54,663 nt of DNA from Nitrososphaerota archaeon (GTDB lineage Archaea; Thermoproteota; EX4484-205; JAAOZP01): contig JAAOZP010000008.1 of NCBI GenBank assembly GCA_011605725.1, positions 1 to 54,663 of the forward strand, given 5' to 3'. A program made the position numbers and the translations under genes. Numbering within the stretch: position 1 is the first letter of the stretch; each line of letters begins with the position of its first letter. Below, piece after piece: positions 46,503 through 54,663 of this stretch. Under the pieces are notes generated by a model. The model had not been told where the DNA came from. It saw nothing but the letters and a program-made list of their open reading frames with translations, and made no database searches.

Positions 46503-48788
46503 ATGTTACGCTTCAGCATGAAGCCTGAGGAACATGGGGCAATGCTTCAAGCCGGAGGCAGGGGGAGAGTGATTAAAGAGGGAGGCCTGCTTAGGCTCAT
46601 CGGGCTGCTGAAGCCTCACGTCAAGCTGCTCATCATATATATTGTTCTTTCAATAGTCTCCGCCGCCATAGGCCTGGTTCCACCCTACGTGAGCAAGATA
46701 ATAACCGACCAGGTTTTAATCCCAATGCGGAATCCAGAGCTGTTAATAAGCCTCGCAGCCCTGCTGGTCGGGCTTTACGTTTTAAACATCGCTGTCTCCG
46801 CCACTGCAGGCTACTTGACTGAGGTTCTCCACAACAGGGTTGTCCTAAACCTTCAGAAACGCCTATACTCCCATATGATGACTCTTAGCCTAGACTTTTT
46901 CGACCAGAGTCAAACAGGTGATCTTGTCGCCAAGATCTTCTCCTACACTAGGCAAATCCAGTCGTTCCTCATAGACGGGTTGCAGTCGATCATGGTTAAC
47001 GTTCTCATGTTGATCGGGACACTGATAATAATATTCACGATGAACCCTAGGCTTGCTTTAGCAGCTCTCACGCCGATACCGATAATAATAGTTGGAACAT
47101 GGGCTTACCAGAAGAAGGTTCGCTTCGCATTCCTAAGGGTTTGGAAGGTTACTTCAAACTTCATGTCGTACGTGACCTCCGTCCTCTCCTCAATAGTCCT
47201 TGTGAAGATACTTGGGATCGAGAGTATTGAGACCAGCAGGTTTCACAAGTATGCGGGCGACATTTACGACGCGCAAATAAACCTGGCTAAGGTTAACGTG
47301 CAGTACTTTCCAATTATGAATTTCTCCCTAACCCTTGCTTCAACCCTGATCATGCTTTTCGGCGGCTTCATGGTTTTAAACGGGGAGGCGACTGTGGGAA
47401 CAATAGTCGCCTTCCTAGGCTACGTGACGCAGGTTTACACCCCGATCAGGAGCCTAAGCCAGATTACAACACTATACGTGCAGGCTGAAACCGCTTACGA
47501 GAAGATCCTTGAAGTCTTAAACATGGAGCCGTCTGTGAAGGAGGCTGAGAACCCTGTCGACAGGAAGATAGAGGGAAGCATAAGTGTTGAAAACGTTTAT
47601 TTCGCATACTCTGAGAAACCTGTGCTTAAAGGCGTTTCCTTCAATGTTGAAAGCGGTGAGGTCTTAGGCATAGTTGGGCCGAACGGCTCAGGCAAGACAA
47701 CGCTCGTAAGGCTCCTCACAAGGCTTTACGATCCGGATGAGGGCAGAATCCTCTATGACAACGTTGACTTGAGAGAGCTGAAGCTAAGCACTTTCAGAAG
47801 CCAGGTGGTGATGGTTTCACAGGAGCCGCTTCTCCTTCCAGGCTCCATTGCCTTAAACATTGTGCACGGCTTCAAGGAGGCCTCGCCGATAGACGTGCTG
47901 GTAGCCTCGAAAATAAGCCGGGCCCACGAGTTCGTGATGAGGCTTTCCCTAGCCTACGATACGGATATTGGTGAAGCTGGGAAAAAACTATCCGGCGGAC
48001 AGAAGCAAATGGTGTGCATAGCTAGAGCGCTCGTGAGAAAGCCCCGCGTGCTTTTCCTAGACGAGTCGACTTCAAGCATCGCGATGGATCTTGAGGAGGA
48101 AATCATAAGGGGTGTTTTAAGCCATCTACCTGGTTCAACGCTAATCCTGATTTCCCACCGTCCAACACTCACCAAGTATGTGAACAGGGTGATAGAGGTT
48201 TACGACGGTAAGATTGTGAACGAGTATGACGGGCTTCTACGGGAAAGGCCTGGGCCGAGTGAAGCCGAGCATATTACTCTAATAGAACCGGCTAGTGTTA
48301 AGATAAGTTGTGAAAACGGTTCCCTCAGGGTTTCAACAAGAGAAGGCTATGTTTTACTGAACGTGAGCGCGAGACTGCCGTTCCCCGTTTCCTATCCTCA
48401 CATGGTTATACTGTACGATGAGAAGGATGATGAGCTCGGCATCATCGAGGATTACAGGAAGCTGGATGCGGAGAGCAGGGATGCGGTTGCCAGCTTCATT
48501 GCCGGGAAGTATAATGTTGCAAGGATTAGAAGGATTATTGAAGTGCTGCCTGTAGGCGGGGGGAGGAGGAGCGCTAACGTTATTGTTGTCTTCGAAGATG
48601 AGAATGGGAGCATCCGGAGGGAGACGGTTTTGCCCAACACTATTATTGTCCAGGGGAACAGGCTCTCCATCGTAACGTTTCACGGAATCTATGTAGCGGA
48701 TTTAAAAAGGCTTGACAGGAATACGCGTTTAGGATTGCTGTCGCTCGCCGTGGATGCGGAAGCCTTATGGAGCCCCGTGCAACCCTGA
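46503..48788 (+). CDS. ABC exporter (TMD + NBD) fused to a C-terminal DUF1854-like domain
   Basis: 6-TM ABC domain, GPNGSGKT, LSGGQ, LDES; extra C-terminal ARLPFPVSYP...L.DEKDDELGII.D...LDAESR resembles DUF1854. Confidence 0.85.
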   Translation: MLRFSMKPEEHGAMLQAGGRGRVIKEGGLLRLIGLLKPHVKLLIIYIVLSIVSAAIGLVPPYVSKIITDQVLIPMRNPELLISLAALLVGLYVLNIAVSATAGYLTEVLHNRVVLNLQKRLYSHMMTLSLDFFDQSQTGDLVAKIFSYTRQIQSFLIDGLQSIMVNVLMLIGTLIIIFTMNPRLALAALTPIPIIIVGTWAYQKKVRFAFLRVWKVTSNFMSYVTSVLSSIVLVKILGIESIETSRFHKYAGDIYDAQINLAKVNVQYFPIMNFSLTLASTLIMLFGGFMVLNGEATVGTIVAFLGYVTQVYTPIRSLSQITTLYVQAETAYEKILEVLNMEPSVKEAENPVDRKIEGSISVENVYFAYSEKPVLKGVSFNVESGEVLGIVGPNGSGKTTLVRLLTRLYDPDEGRILYDNVDLRELKLSTFRSQVVMVSQEPLLLPGSIALNIVHGFKEASPIDVLVASKISRAHEFVMRLSLAYDTDIGEAGKKLSGGQKQMVCIARALVRKPRVLFLDESTSSIAMDLEEEIIRGVLSHLPGSTLILISHRPTLTKYVNRVIEVYDGKIVNEYDGLLRERPGPSEAEHITLIEPASVKISCENGSLRVSTREGYVLLNVSARLPFPVSYPHMVILYDEKDDELGIIEDYRKLDAESRDAVASFIAGKYNVARIRRIIEVLPVGGGRRSANVIVVFEDENGSIRRETVLPNTIIVQGNRLSIVTFHGIYVADLKRLDRNTRLGLLSLAVDAEALWSPVQP

Positions 48789-48836
48789 CTTTAAACAATG
48801 AAGAAGTATTGGGATGATCATCCCGGAGCAGAGTGT

Positions 48837-49595
48837 TCAGTGTTGAAGCCTTTCCCCGCATGTTTCACAAGATTCTGAACGCTTTATTTCAATCGTTTCT
48901 AAAAGCATGTTTCTGAGGTCGAAGAAGAGCAGCTTACTCTTAAGAATAGGCTTAACCCCAGTGATTATTCTCACAGCCTCAGAAACCTGTATGCTCGCCA
49001 CTATGGAGACGAGCGAAGGATGCACGCCGACCGTCGCGCAGGTTGCTGAAGGCTCCTGACGGGGAAGAAAACAGTCTAAACACGGTGTCTCCCCAGGGAT
49101 TATCGTCGAAGCGTTTCCAAACATTTCTACAGCTGATCCGAATACGTAGGGCACATGGAGCTTAACACAAGCCCTGTTTACAATCCTTCTCACGCGTAGA
49201 CTGTCTAAGCCGTCTAGAACAACGTCGACGCCTTTAACAATGCTCTCCGCATTGTAATCGTTTACTGAAAGAGGAAGCGCTTCAACCTCGACATCAGGAT
49301 TTATTTCCCTAATCCTGTTTTCAGCAGCCTTAACCTTAAGCATGCCCAGCGTCTTAACGCTGTAAACCCCCTGCCTGTGAAGATTTACTCTTTCAACAAC
49401 ATCGTGATCCACTATCCTCAGGAAGCCGATGCCCATGCCTGCGAGCTGAGTAACCATGGTTGAGCCAAGCCCGCCGACGCCGACGACGCAAACCCTTGCT
49501 TTTCTAATCCTCACCTGTCCCTCATAACCTATGTCCCTAAGGGCAATCTGCCTAGAGTAGACATCCATCTCCCCTTCGGACAGTTCGCGAAGCAT
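48837..49595 (-). CDS. ThiF/MoeB/HesA (E1-like, UbaA-type) adenylyltransferase
   Basis: YSRQ, GVGGLG, DHDVVE..NLHRQ, CLDC, TCATVGV, C-terminal CETC. Confidence 0.92.
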   Translation of the reverse strand: MLRELSEGEMDVYSRQIALRDIGYEGQVRIRKARVCVVGVGGLGSTMVTQLAGMGIGFLRIVDHDVVERVNLHRQGVYSVKTLGMLKVKAAENRIREINPDVEVEALPLSVNDYNAESIVKGVDVVLDGLDSLRVRRIVNRACVKLHVPYVFGSAVEMFGNASTIIPGETPCLDCFLPRQEPSATCATVGVHPSLVSIVASIQVSEAVRIITGVKPILKSKLLFFDLRNMLLETIEIKRSESCETCGERLQH

Positions 49596-49689
49596 AGGTA
49601 ATAAACGTCCGACGGGTTAATAAGTCGTATCCAGCCTTAACGCCTAATTCTGTGAAACTTCTCCCAATTTAGCTGTTTGGCACCCTAGC

Positions 49690-49853
49690 CTTATTTAAGC
49701 ATCCCTTAGATCTCACTGATGTTCCGGTAGCTGAAAGCAATCTTTAATTCACCCGAGTAAGCCCTTAAATATAAGTTTCTAACGAAGGTGCTACCAGGCT
49801 CCTTCACATACCTTTTTATCACGCTACTCGAGATATACTGTCTCCCCTTCCAT
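49690..49853 (-). pseudogene. vapC: Degenerate PIN/VapC toxin
   Basis: MEGETVYL/[D]SSVIKRYVKEPGSTFVRNLYLRAYSGELKIAFSY.NI.EI* with a frameshift and stops. Confidence 0.7.
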
Positions 49854-49864
49854 TTCTTATTACT

Positions 49865-50098
49865 CTAATCAGCTTGCTTACAAGACCCCTTCAGGCTCAA
49901 CGGGCTCGATTCTATTTCACAGGCTTCGAGGCTCCCGCTTTCAATTAATGCCTGCCCGATGAGATCCTCTGCCATTTCCTCCCTAATAACTTCTTCCAGC
50001 ATTTTAGTTACCTCCACCCCGTTTTTCAACGCATATGCCTTGAATTTCTCCCATAGCTCCTTGTCGAGATATATGCTAGTCTTAACCACTACAAGCAC
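49865..50098 (-). CDS. RHH/CopG-type antitoxin (VapB-like), C-terminus probably frameshifted
   Basis: KTSIYLDKELWEKFKAYA ribbon-helix-helix motif; upstream of the PIN remnant. Confidence 0.7.
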   Translation of the reverse strand: MLVVVKTSIYLDKELWEKFKAYALKNGVEVTKMLEEVIREEMAEDLIGQALIESGSLEACEIESSPLSLKGSCKQAD

Positions 50099-50112
50099 CT
50101 CCTATACAGAAT

Positions 50113-50133
50113 ATACCGAAAATCGGTATTTAA
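50113..50133 (-). promoter_or_regulatory. Palindromic operator adjoining the TATA box of the vapBC remnant
   Basis: ATACCGA-AAA-TCGGTAT perfect 7-3-7 inverted repeat (50113-50129) overlapping TTAAAT on the minus strand. Confidence 0.65.
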
Positions 50134-50540
50134 GTCTCATTCTCTAGAAGGATTGCCGTGAAACTGGATGTAGCATGTACCCACACCCTTAAAAACGTAA
50201 AGAAATGAACAGGCGTTAACCTATCTATGAAAGATTTTAAGACTGTTGACTTTTTTAAGACATCACGACAGCATGCTAAGAATATGTTTTGTTTTCAGTT
50301 TCAGGAAGCTGCGGATCCAGCGTGCGCTTTTTTTCTAGCATTTTTTTAATTTTGTTTTCTAACCCCTTTTTAGAAGCCCCTCTGATTATTATTTTCCAAC
50401 AGACGAATAAACATTCCGCTTTGCTCTCAAGCTTTAATGGTTGAGTTACTTAAGAGCGGAAATGGATAGGGTAGAGGTGATTAAAAATGGACCAACGATA
50501 AATATTTAAGCTAGCAGACCTAAAAAGAAAGAGGATTAGC

Positions 50541-50819
50541 ATGGCTAAGGTCAAGGTAAAATATTTAGGTGCAATAGAAATAATGGTCGGAAAAAGAAAT
50601 GAGGAAATTATTGCAGAAAGTTTTAAAGAATTGGTAAATAAAATTGGAAATAAGTACAAGAAACTAGGAGAGTATTTGAAAATGTATGATGAAAAAATTA
50701 CTGATCCTCCTATAGTCATCTTATACAACAGCTCTTTTATAAGGAGTATTGAGAATTATGAAGGGAAAATTAAAGACGGAGACGAAGTCGTGTTAATGGG
50801 TATTATTGGCGGCGGATAA
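50541..50819 (+). CDS. MoaD/ThiS family sulfur carrier (SAMP-like)
   Basis: beta-grasp size, KIKDGDEVV, C-terminal GG. Confidence 0.88.
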   Translation: MAKVKVKYLGAIEIMVGKRNEEIIAESFKELVNKIGNKYKKLGEYLKMYDEKITDPPIVILYNSSFIRSIENYEGKIKDGDEVVLMGIIGGG

Positions 50820-50916
50820 TTTTATGTAATACACGTCTACATGGAAACAGAAAAGTGTGCGCATTTCTCGCTTTTTAAGCCTTTAAACTCACTTTTTTAG
50901 CTACCAACCATCAGCG

Positions 50917-51180
50917 CTATTTGGATACTCGAACCAGCATCTTCCATGTCATGTTATCTAATTGTATTACATCAACCTTATAGCCCCTTTCCTCCAATAT
51001 TGGCGGAATATCCCTGACTGACGGAGGATTATCGATCAGTACTTCTAGGACATCTTTAGAGGATAAACTGTTTAGTGCCCTGATTACTAATAGCTGTGGG
51101 TAAGGGCAAACTAACCCACGCGTATCCAGCCTATATAGCCCCTCGCTTACTTTCTCTACCCGTAGTTTATCCTTAATCAT
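50917..51180 (-). CDS. tusA: TusA/SirA family sulfurtransferase
   Basis: LDTRGLVCPYP (CPxP) motif, LEVLIDNP. Confidence 0.92.
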   Translation of the reverse strand: MIKDKLRVEKVSEGLYRLDTRGLVCPYPQLLVIRALNSLSSKDVLEVLIDNPPSVRDIPPILEERGYKVDVIQLDNMTWKMLVRVSK

Positions 51181-51187
51181 TACAATT

Positions 51188-52711
51188 CTACCTCCTGATC
51201 CCGAGAGAATTCTTCAATTTCTCATTAGAATGTTTTTTATAAAAGTTGCCTATATCTTCACCAGTTTTTCTATTTCGGATATAGCTAGTTATAAGTGATG
51301 CTACCCTAAACTTCAATTCTTCAGCCGGAACATTTTTTTCAATACATATCCCAAGCGACGGTTTTTCACCTGTACTTCCACCGATAAATATGTCGTAAAC
51401 CTGTATTAGACAATCATTCACTTTTATTTGTTTGCCAATCAACCCTATGTCTGATACTAAGCTTGCACCGCAATCATGAGGACACCCGCTAACATTTATA
51501 CGTAAACCAAGATCGTTCAGAGTTTCGACGCCAAAGTATTCCTCTAAATACTCTACTATATCCTTAAGCATTTTCTTTCCATGCATATCTCTCGCCTTTC
51601 CACAAAAATCCGATGAACAACCCACACTGAGCCATCGCGTCTTGGAACCATTCATAGAGAATCCCGTTTTTGCTAAAGTTTCTAAAACAGTTTTTTTACT
51701 ATCCTCTTTAACGTTAGGTATTATTATGTTTTGTGTAGGTGTAAGCCTAAGTTCTCCGTTTCCAAACTTGTCAGCTAAGTCAGCTATCTGAATCATCAAA
51801 GAGCTCGTTAACCGTCCTCCTAAGATTGGAATATTAATATACCAGTATCCTTCAATTTTCTGCGGCTGTACACCCTCGTGGTCTGCTCTCCTTATAAATA
51901 CTGGTCCATCATATCGCGGAAACTCTCTGCCAATCTTATTCTCTAGAATTGAAATAAATTTCTCTAAACCCCAAGCTTCAACAAGCCATTTAAACCTAGC
52001 TTTAGCTTTGCTCTCCCTATTTCCGTAATCCCTATGAATTTCAACAACTGCGACTGCAATATCAAAAACTTCCTTCGGCTCAATGAAAATCCTTGTTGGT
52101 TTCGCGAGTCTAGGTCCCGGAAGGGAGGGTCCCACACTACCACCAATTAGAATGGTAAAGCCCGTCACTCCTTCACTCCTAACAGCAACAAATGCTAAAT
52201 CGTTTATTACCGCTCTGGTACAGTCGGCACCACAACCAGATATTGATATCTTAAATTTTCTTGGAAGATCGAGGAAATCAGGATTTCCAGTAAAGAATCT
52301 AGTTATTTCTTTAGCAAGAGGATAAGACTCGAATATTTCGTTTCTCTCAATTCCCGATACAGGACAACATACGACATTTCTTACATCTCCGTACTTCGCA
52401 CCCCCAAAACCTTGGCCGCACATGTCGGTCGTAAAACCCATCTTATCCATTACACCGAAGATGTCTAGAGAATCTTCAGCCCTAATCCAATGTAATTGTA
52501 TGTCCTGTCTATCCGTTATCTCAGCAAATCCCCTGCCGTATTTAGAGGATAATAAAGCAATTTCACGAAACTGATCGGATGACAAAACTCCTCCGGGAAT
52601 CTTAATTCTAAGAAAATGTTGGGAACCAGTAGTGTCATAGGGATTACTGTCACGACCGATGGAGTAGCGTCCCACGAACTTTTCAATATCTTCTGCTAAA
52701 CGAAGGGACAA
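51188..52711 (-). CDS. Siroheme [4Fe-4S] sulfite/nitrite reductase (assimilatory, ferredoxin type)
   Basis: LRIKIPGG, ITDRQDIQLH, LPRKFKISISGC, RLTPTQN, CSSDFC...SGCPHDC. Confidence 0.9.
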   Translation of the reverse strand: MSLRLAEDIEKFVGRYSIGRDSNPYDTTGSQHFLRIKIPGGVLSSDQFREIALLSSKYGRGFAEITDRQDIQLHWIRAEDSLDIFGVMDKMGFTTDMCGQGFGGAKYGDVRNVVCCPVSGIERNEIFESYPLAKEITRFFTGNPDFLDLPRKFKISISGCGADCTRAVINDLAFVAVRSEGVTGFTILIGGSVGPSLPGPRLAKPTRIFIEPKEVFDIAVAVVEIHRDYGNRESKAKARFKWLVEAWGLEKFISILENKIGREFPRYDGPVFIRRADHEGVQPQKIEGYWYINIPILGGRLTSSLMIQIADLADKFGNGELRLTPTQNIIIPNVKEDSKKTVLETLAKTGFSMNGSKTRWLSVGCSSDFCGKARDMHGKKMLKDIVEYLEEYFGVETLNDLGLRINVSGCPHDCGASLVSDIGLIGKQIKVNDCLIQVYDIFIGGSTGEKPSLGICIEKNVPAEELKFRVASLITSYIRNRKTGEDIGNFYKKHSNEKLKNSLGIRR

Positions 52712-53907
52712 TTAGCCACAGTCCCCCTATCATAAGGAATACGGCAGTGATCTGTTTTACAAACGCTTTTGCAGACACTAGACCCTAAGCCTCTTATTAC
52801 TATTTCATCATATAAGTGGTGTACTTCCTCTTTACTACTTGCATTAGCAACTATCATTACACCACTCTTTAGGATACTAATCTTTCCTCCAGATTTACTT
52901 GTGAACGTGACTCCTAGATTTGCCTTAACCTCTATATGAAAGTCTCTCGAATTATTAATAAGGTTAACCAGCCTGTCCATTTCAAGATTGAGGTTTTTCT
53001 TTGGAGTCACAATAAAAGTTCTCCCTCCCTCCCTTCCACAAACCTCAAAGATGTTTTCAGCTTCATGACTGAAGTCGATATTGTTTAGCCCGCATACGGG
53101 ACAATTCTCCACCTTAGAAATCTGTATGATTTCGAATGACATTTCGCTAATATCACAATAAAGTAGTTTACTAGCTAACAAAGGTTTCTTTCCAAGAACT
53201 ATCCTTACAGCCTCCGAAACCTCAATGCTTGCCACAATGTTGAGGATTGCTGGATGAACTCCTACAGTGGCACAGGTAGGTAAGACATCTTCATTAATAC
53301 CTCCTAGAAAGCATTCTAAACACGGTGTTTCTCTAGGAATAATTGTCGAAACATTTCCAAAAGTCATTATCGCTGCTCCGTAAACATAGGGTACACCTGT
53401 TTTTAGGCATGCGCGGTTTAATACACGGCGGGGACCAATATGATCTAAGCCGTCGACAATAACATCCATATCCCTTACTATTTCCTCGGCATTCCAGTGG
53501 CTAAGCGACAGGGGTAATGGCTCTACATTTATATTAGGATTTAGCTCCTTTAACCTTTTCGCCGCAACCTCGACCTTGGGATACCCGAGATACTTGGCAC
53601 TGTAAATATATTGCCTCTGAAGGTTGGATATCTCAACTACATCATGGTCAACCAACCTTATATGTCCTACTCCCATGCTGGCTAGCTGCAGAGCAGCAGG
53701 AGAACCTAATCCTCCTAGACCAACTATGCAAATTCTTGCATGCTTAAGTTTAATCTGCCCATCGTAACCAATATGTGGAAGAACTATTTGACGAGAATAG
53801 AATTCAAACTCCTCATCCGAAAGGGAGTGTGGCAAAACCGTTGCTAAATTCTTTTCAGCAGCTCCGGATTTTTCGAGGTTTAGATCAGCCATCTTTTTCA
53901 TCACCAT
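52696..53907 (-). CDS. MoeB/ThiF family adenylyltransferase with a C-terminal extension
   Basis: YSRQ, GLGGLG, DHDVVEISNLQRQ, CLEC, TCATVGV, CPVC; extra ~120 aa (EVCGR...SGVMIV...CKSVC). Confidence 0.9.
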   Translation of the reverse strand: MVMKKMADLNLEKSGAAEKNLATVLPHSLSDEEFEFYSRQIVLPHIGYDGQIKLKHARICIVGLGGLGSPAALQLASMGVGHIRLVDHDVVEISNLQRQYIYSAKYLGYPKVEVAAKRLKELNPNINVEPLPLSLSHWNAEEIVRDMDVIVDGLDHIGPRRVLNRACLKTGVPYVYGAAIMTFGNVSTIIPRETPCLECFLGGINEDVLPTCATVGVHPAILNIVASIEVSEAVRIVLGKKPLLASKLLYCDISEMSFEIIQISKVENCPVCGLNNIDFSHEAENIFEVCGREGGRTFIVTPKKNLNLEMDRLVNLINNSRDFHIEVKANLGVTFTSKSGGKISILKSGVMIVANASSKEEVHHLYDEIVIRGLGSSVCKSVCKTDHCRIPYDRGTVANCPFV

Positions 53908-53921
53908 TTCCCAGTAAAGGT

Positions 53922-54200
53922 TTAACCACCACCTATAGCGGGAACTATAGAAATCTTATCACTATCGTTCAACTTGGTTTCTAATCCATTAAGAAAGCGC
54001 ATATCTTTACCATTTACATATATATTTATGAATCTTCTGGGTTTATTATTTTCATCGTAGATCCGGTTTCTAAAGACCTCTCCATATTTAGCTGCCAAAG
54101 CGCTTAAAGCTTCGCCCAACGTTAAGACTTCGACGAATGTTACCTTCTCTCCGGCAATTTTCGCCAAATTTCCGAATATAGCTACCTCCACTCTACCCAT
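53922..54200 (-). CDS. MoaD/ThiS/CysO-like sulfur carrier protein
   Basis: RRFINIYVNGKDMRFLNGLETKL.DSDKISIVPAIGGG; ORF open to 54212. Confidence 0.92.
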   Translation of the reverse strand: MGRVEVAIFGNLAKIAGEKVTFVEVLTLGEALSALAAKYGEVFRNRIYDENNKPRRFINIYVNGKDMRFLNGLETKLNDSDKISIVPAIGGG

Positions 54201-54663
54201 TTGCATCCACACCTCCTAACCTCACTATCGTCTCATTAACGCGATTAGGCTCAGGCTCTATCTCCACTATATCAGACATGCTGGACAAGAATATTTCTGA
54301 GGATTTGAAACCGCTGCCTGTTATGCAGCAAACAACCTCCTCATCCCTAGATATCTCTCCTTGTTCAACTAACTTTCTAAGGACCGCGATTGAAACTCCT
54401 CCTGCTGGTTCGGCGAAGATTCCTTCTGTTTTCGCCAGTAATTTCATTCCTTCAACTATTTCATTATCCGTAGCGTATTCAGCAAACCCGTTAGATTCTC
54501 TTATTGCTTTTAAGGCGTATATGCCGTCACCGGGATCGCCTATGGCTAAACTCTTAGCGATCGTCTTTGGATTTTCTACCGGGAAAACTTCTTCTGACCT
54601 TAACTTAAAGGCTCTGGCGATAGGCGAGCATCCTTCTGGTTGTGCTCCTATGAGCCTTGTCCC
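54193..54663 (-). CDS. thrC: Threonine synthase-family PLP enzyme, C-terminal part (5' end outside the window)
   Basis: Frame open to the window edge: GAQPEGCSPI...PKTIAKSLAIGDPGDG...LAKTEGIFAEPAGG...ITGSGFK. Confidence 0.85.
   Translation of the reverse strand, partial: GTRLIGAQPEGCSPIARAFKLRSEEVFPVENPKTIAKSLAIGDPGDGIYALKAIRESNGFAEYATDNEIVEGMKLLAKTEGIFAEPAGGVSIAVLRKLVEQGEISRDEEVVCCITGSGFKSSEIFLSSMSDIVEIEPEPNRVNETIVRLGGVDANG

Noticed and set aside
46503-49595. ABC exporter plus ThiF as a microcin C-like RiPP cluster
   Set aside because: The genes are convergent, no precursor peptide is evident, and the ThiF looks like a standard MoeB/UbaA without a peptide-clamp N-terminal domain.
1-54663. 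rRNA, tRNA, CRISPR array, reverse transcriptase/DGR
   Set aside because: None recognised by eye; a tRNAscan/Infernal run would be needed to exclude small ncRNAs.

Overview
Archaeal genomic window. TATA/BRE promoters, leaderless starts, GGAGG/GGTG Shine-Dalgarno sites and the protein families suggest a thermophilic TACK/Thermoproteota-type organism such as Brockarchaeota/Bathyarchaeia; this is inference only. Left to right: (1) the 5' end of a TnpB-like IS200/IS605-family gene abutting a truncated secreted beta-propeller gene, then a VapBC pair; (2) a ~19 kb minus-strand surface-glycan locus (GT4/GT2 glycosyltransferases, FkbM methyltransferase, deacetylase, FemAB-like GNAT, two epimerases, wecB, an internal HEPN-MNT pair) with an AT-rich core, a flippase and an NDP-sugar dehydrogenase destroyed by deletions, and a frameshifted LamG membrane protein; (3) a dense toxin-antitoxin array (3x DUF4258-DUF2283, HicAB remnants, TumA/TumE-like remnants and an antitoxin-toxin fusion); (4) a cluster of Ig-like surface proteins; (5) GH35, Zn-ADH, GH3-PA14, tyrA, NAD salvage and an ABC-DUF1854 fusion; (6) an AT-rich sulfur-relay cluster (ThrC-like, MoaD/ThiS x2, MoeB/ThiF, siroheme sulfite/nitrite reductase, TusA). 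The most striking unexplained signal: the deletion breakpoints I could map in the glycan locus and TA array are sealed by short, usually palindromic A-(GC)n-T alternating tracts. In the one case where a near-identical intact copy exists in the window, it lacks the tract. This suggests an undescribed end-joining or rearrangement mechanism that leaves (GC)n filler scars. No rRNA, tRNA or CRISPR array was seen. All family assignments come from motif recognition by eye; no searches were run.
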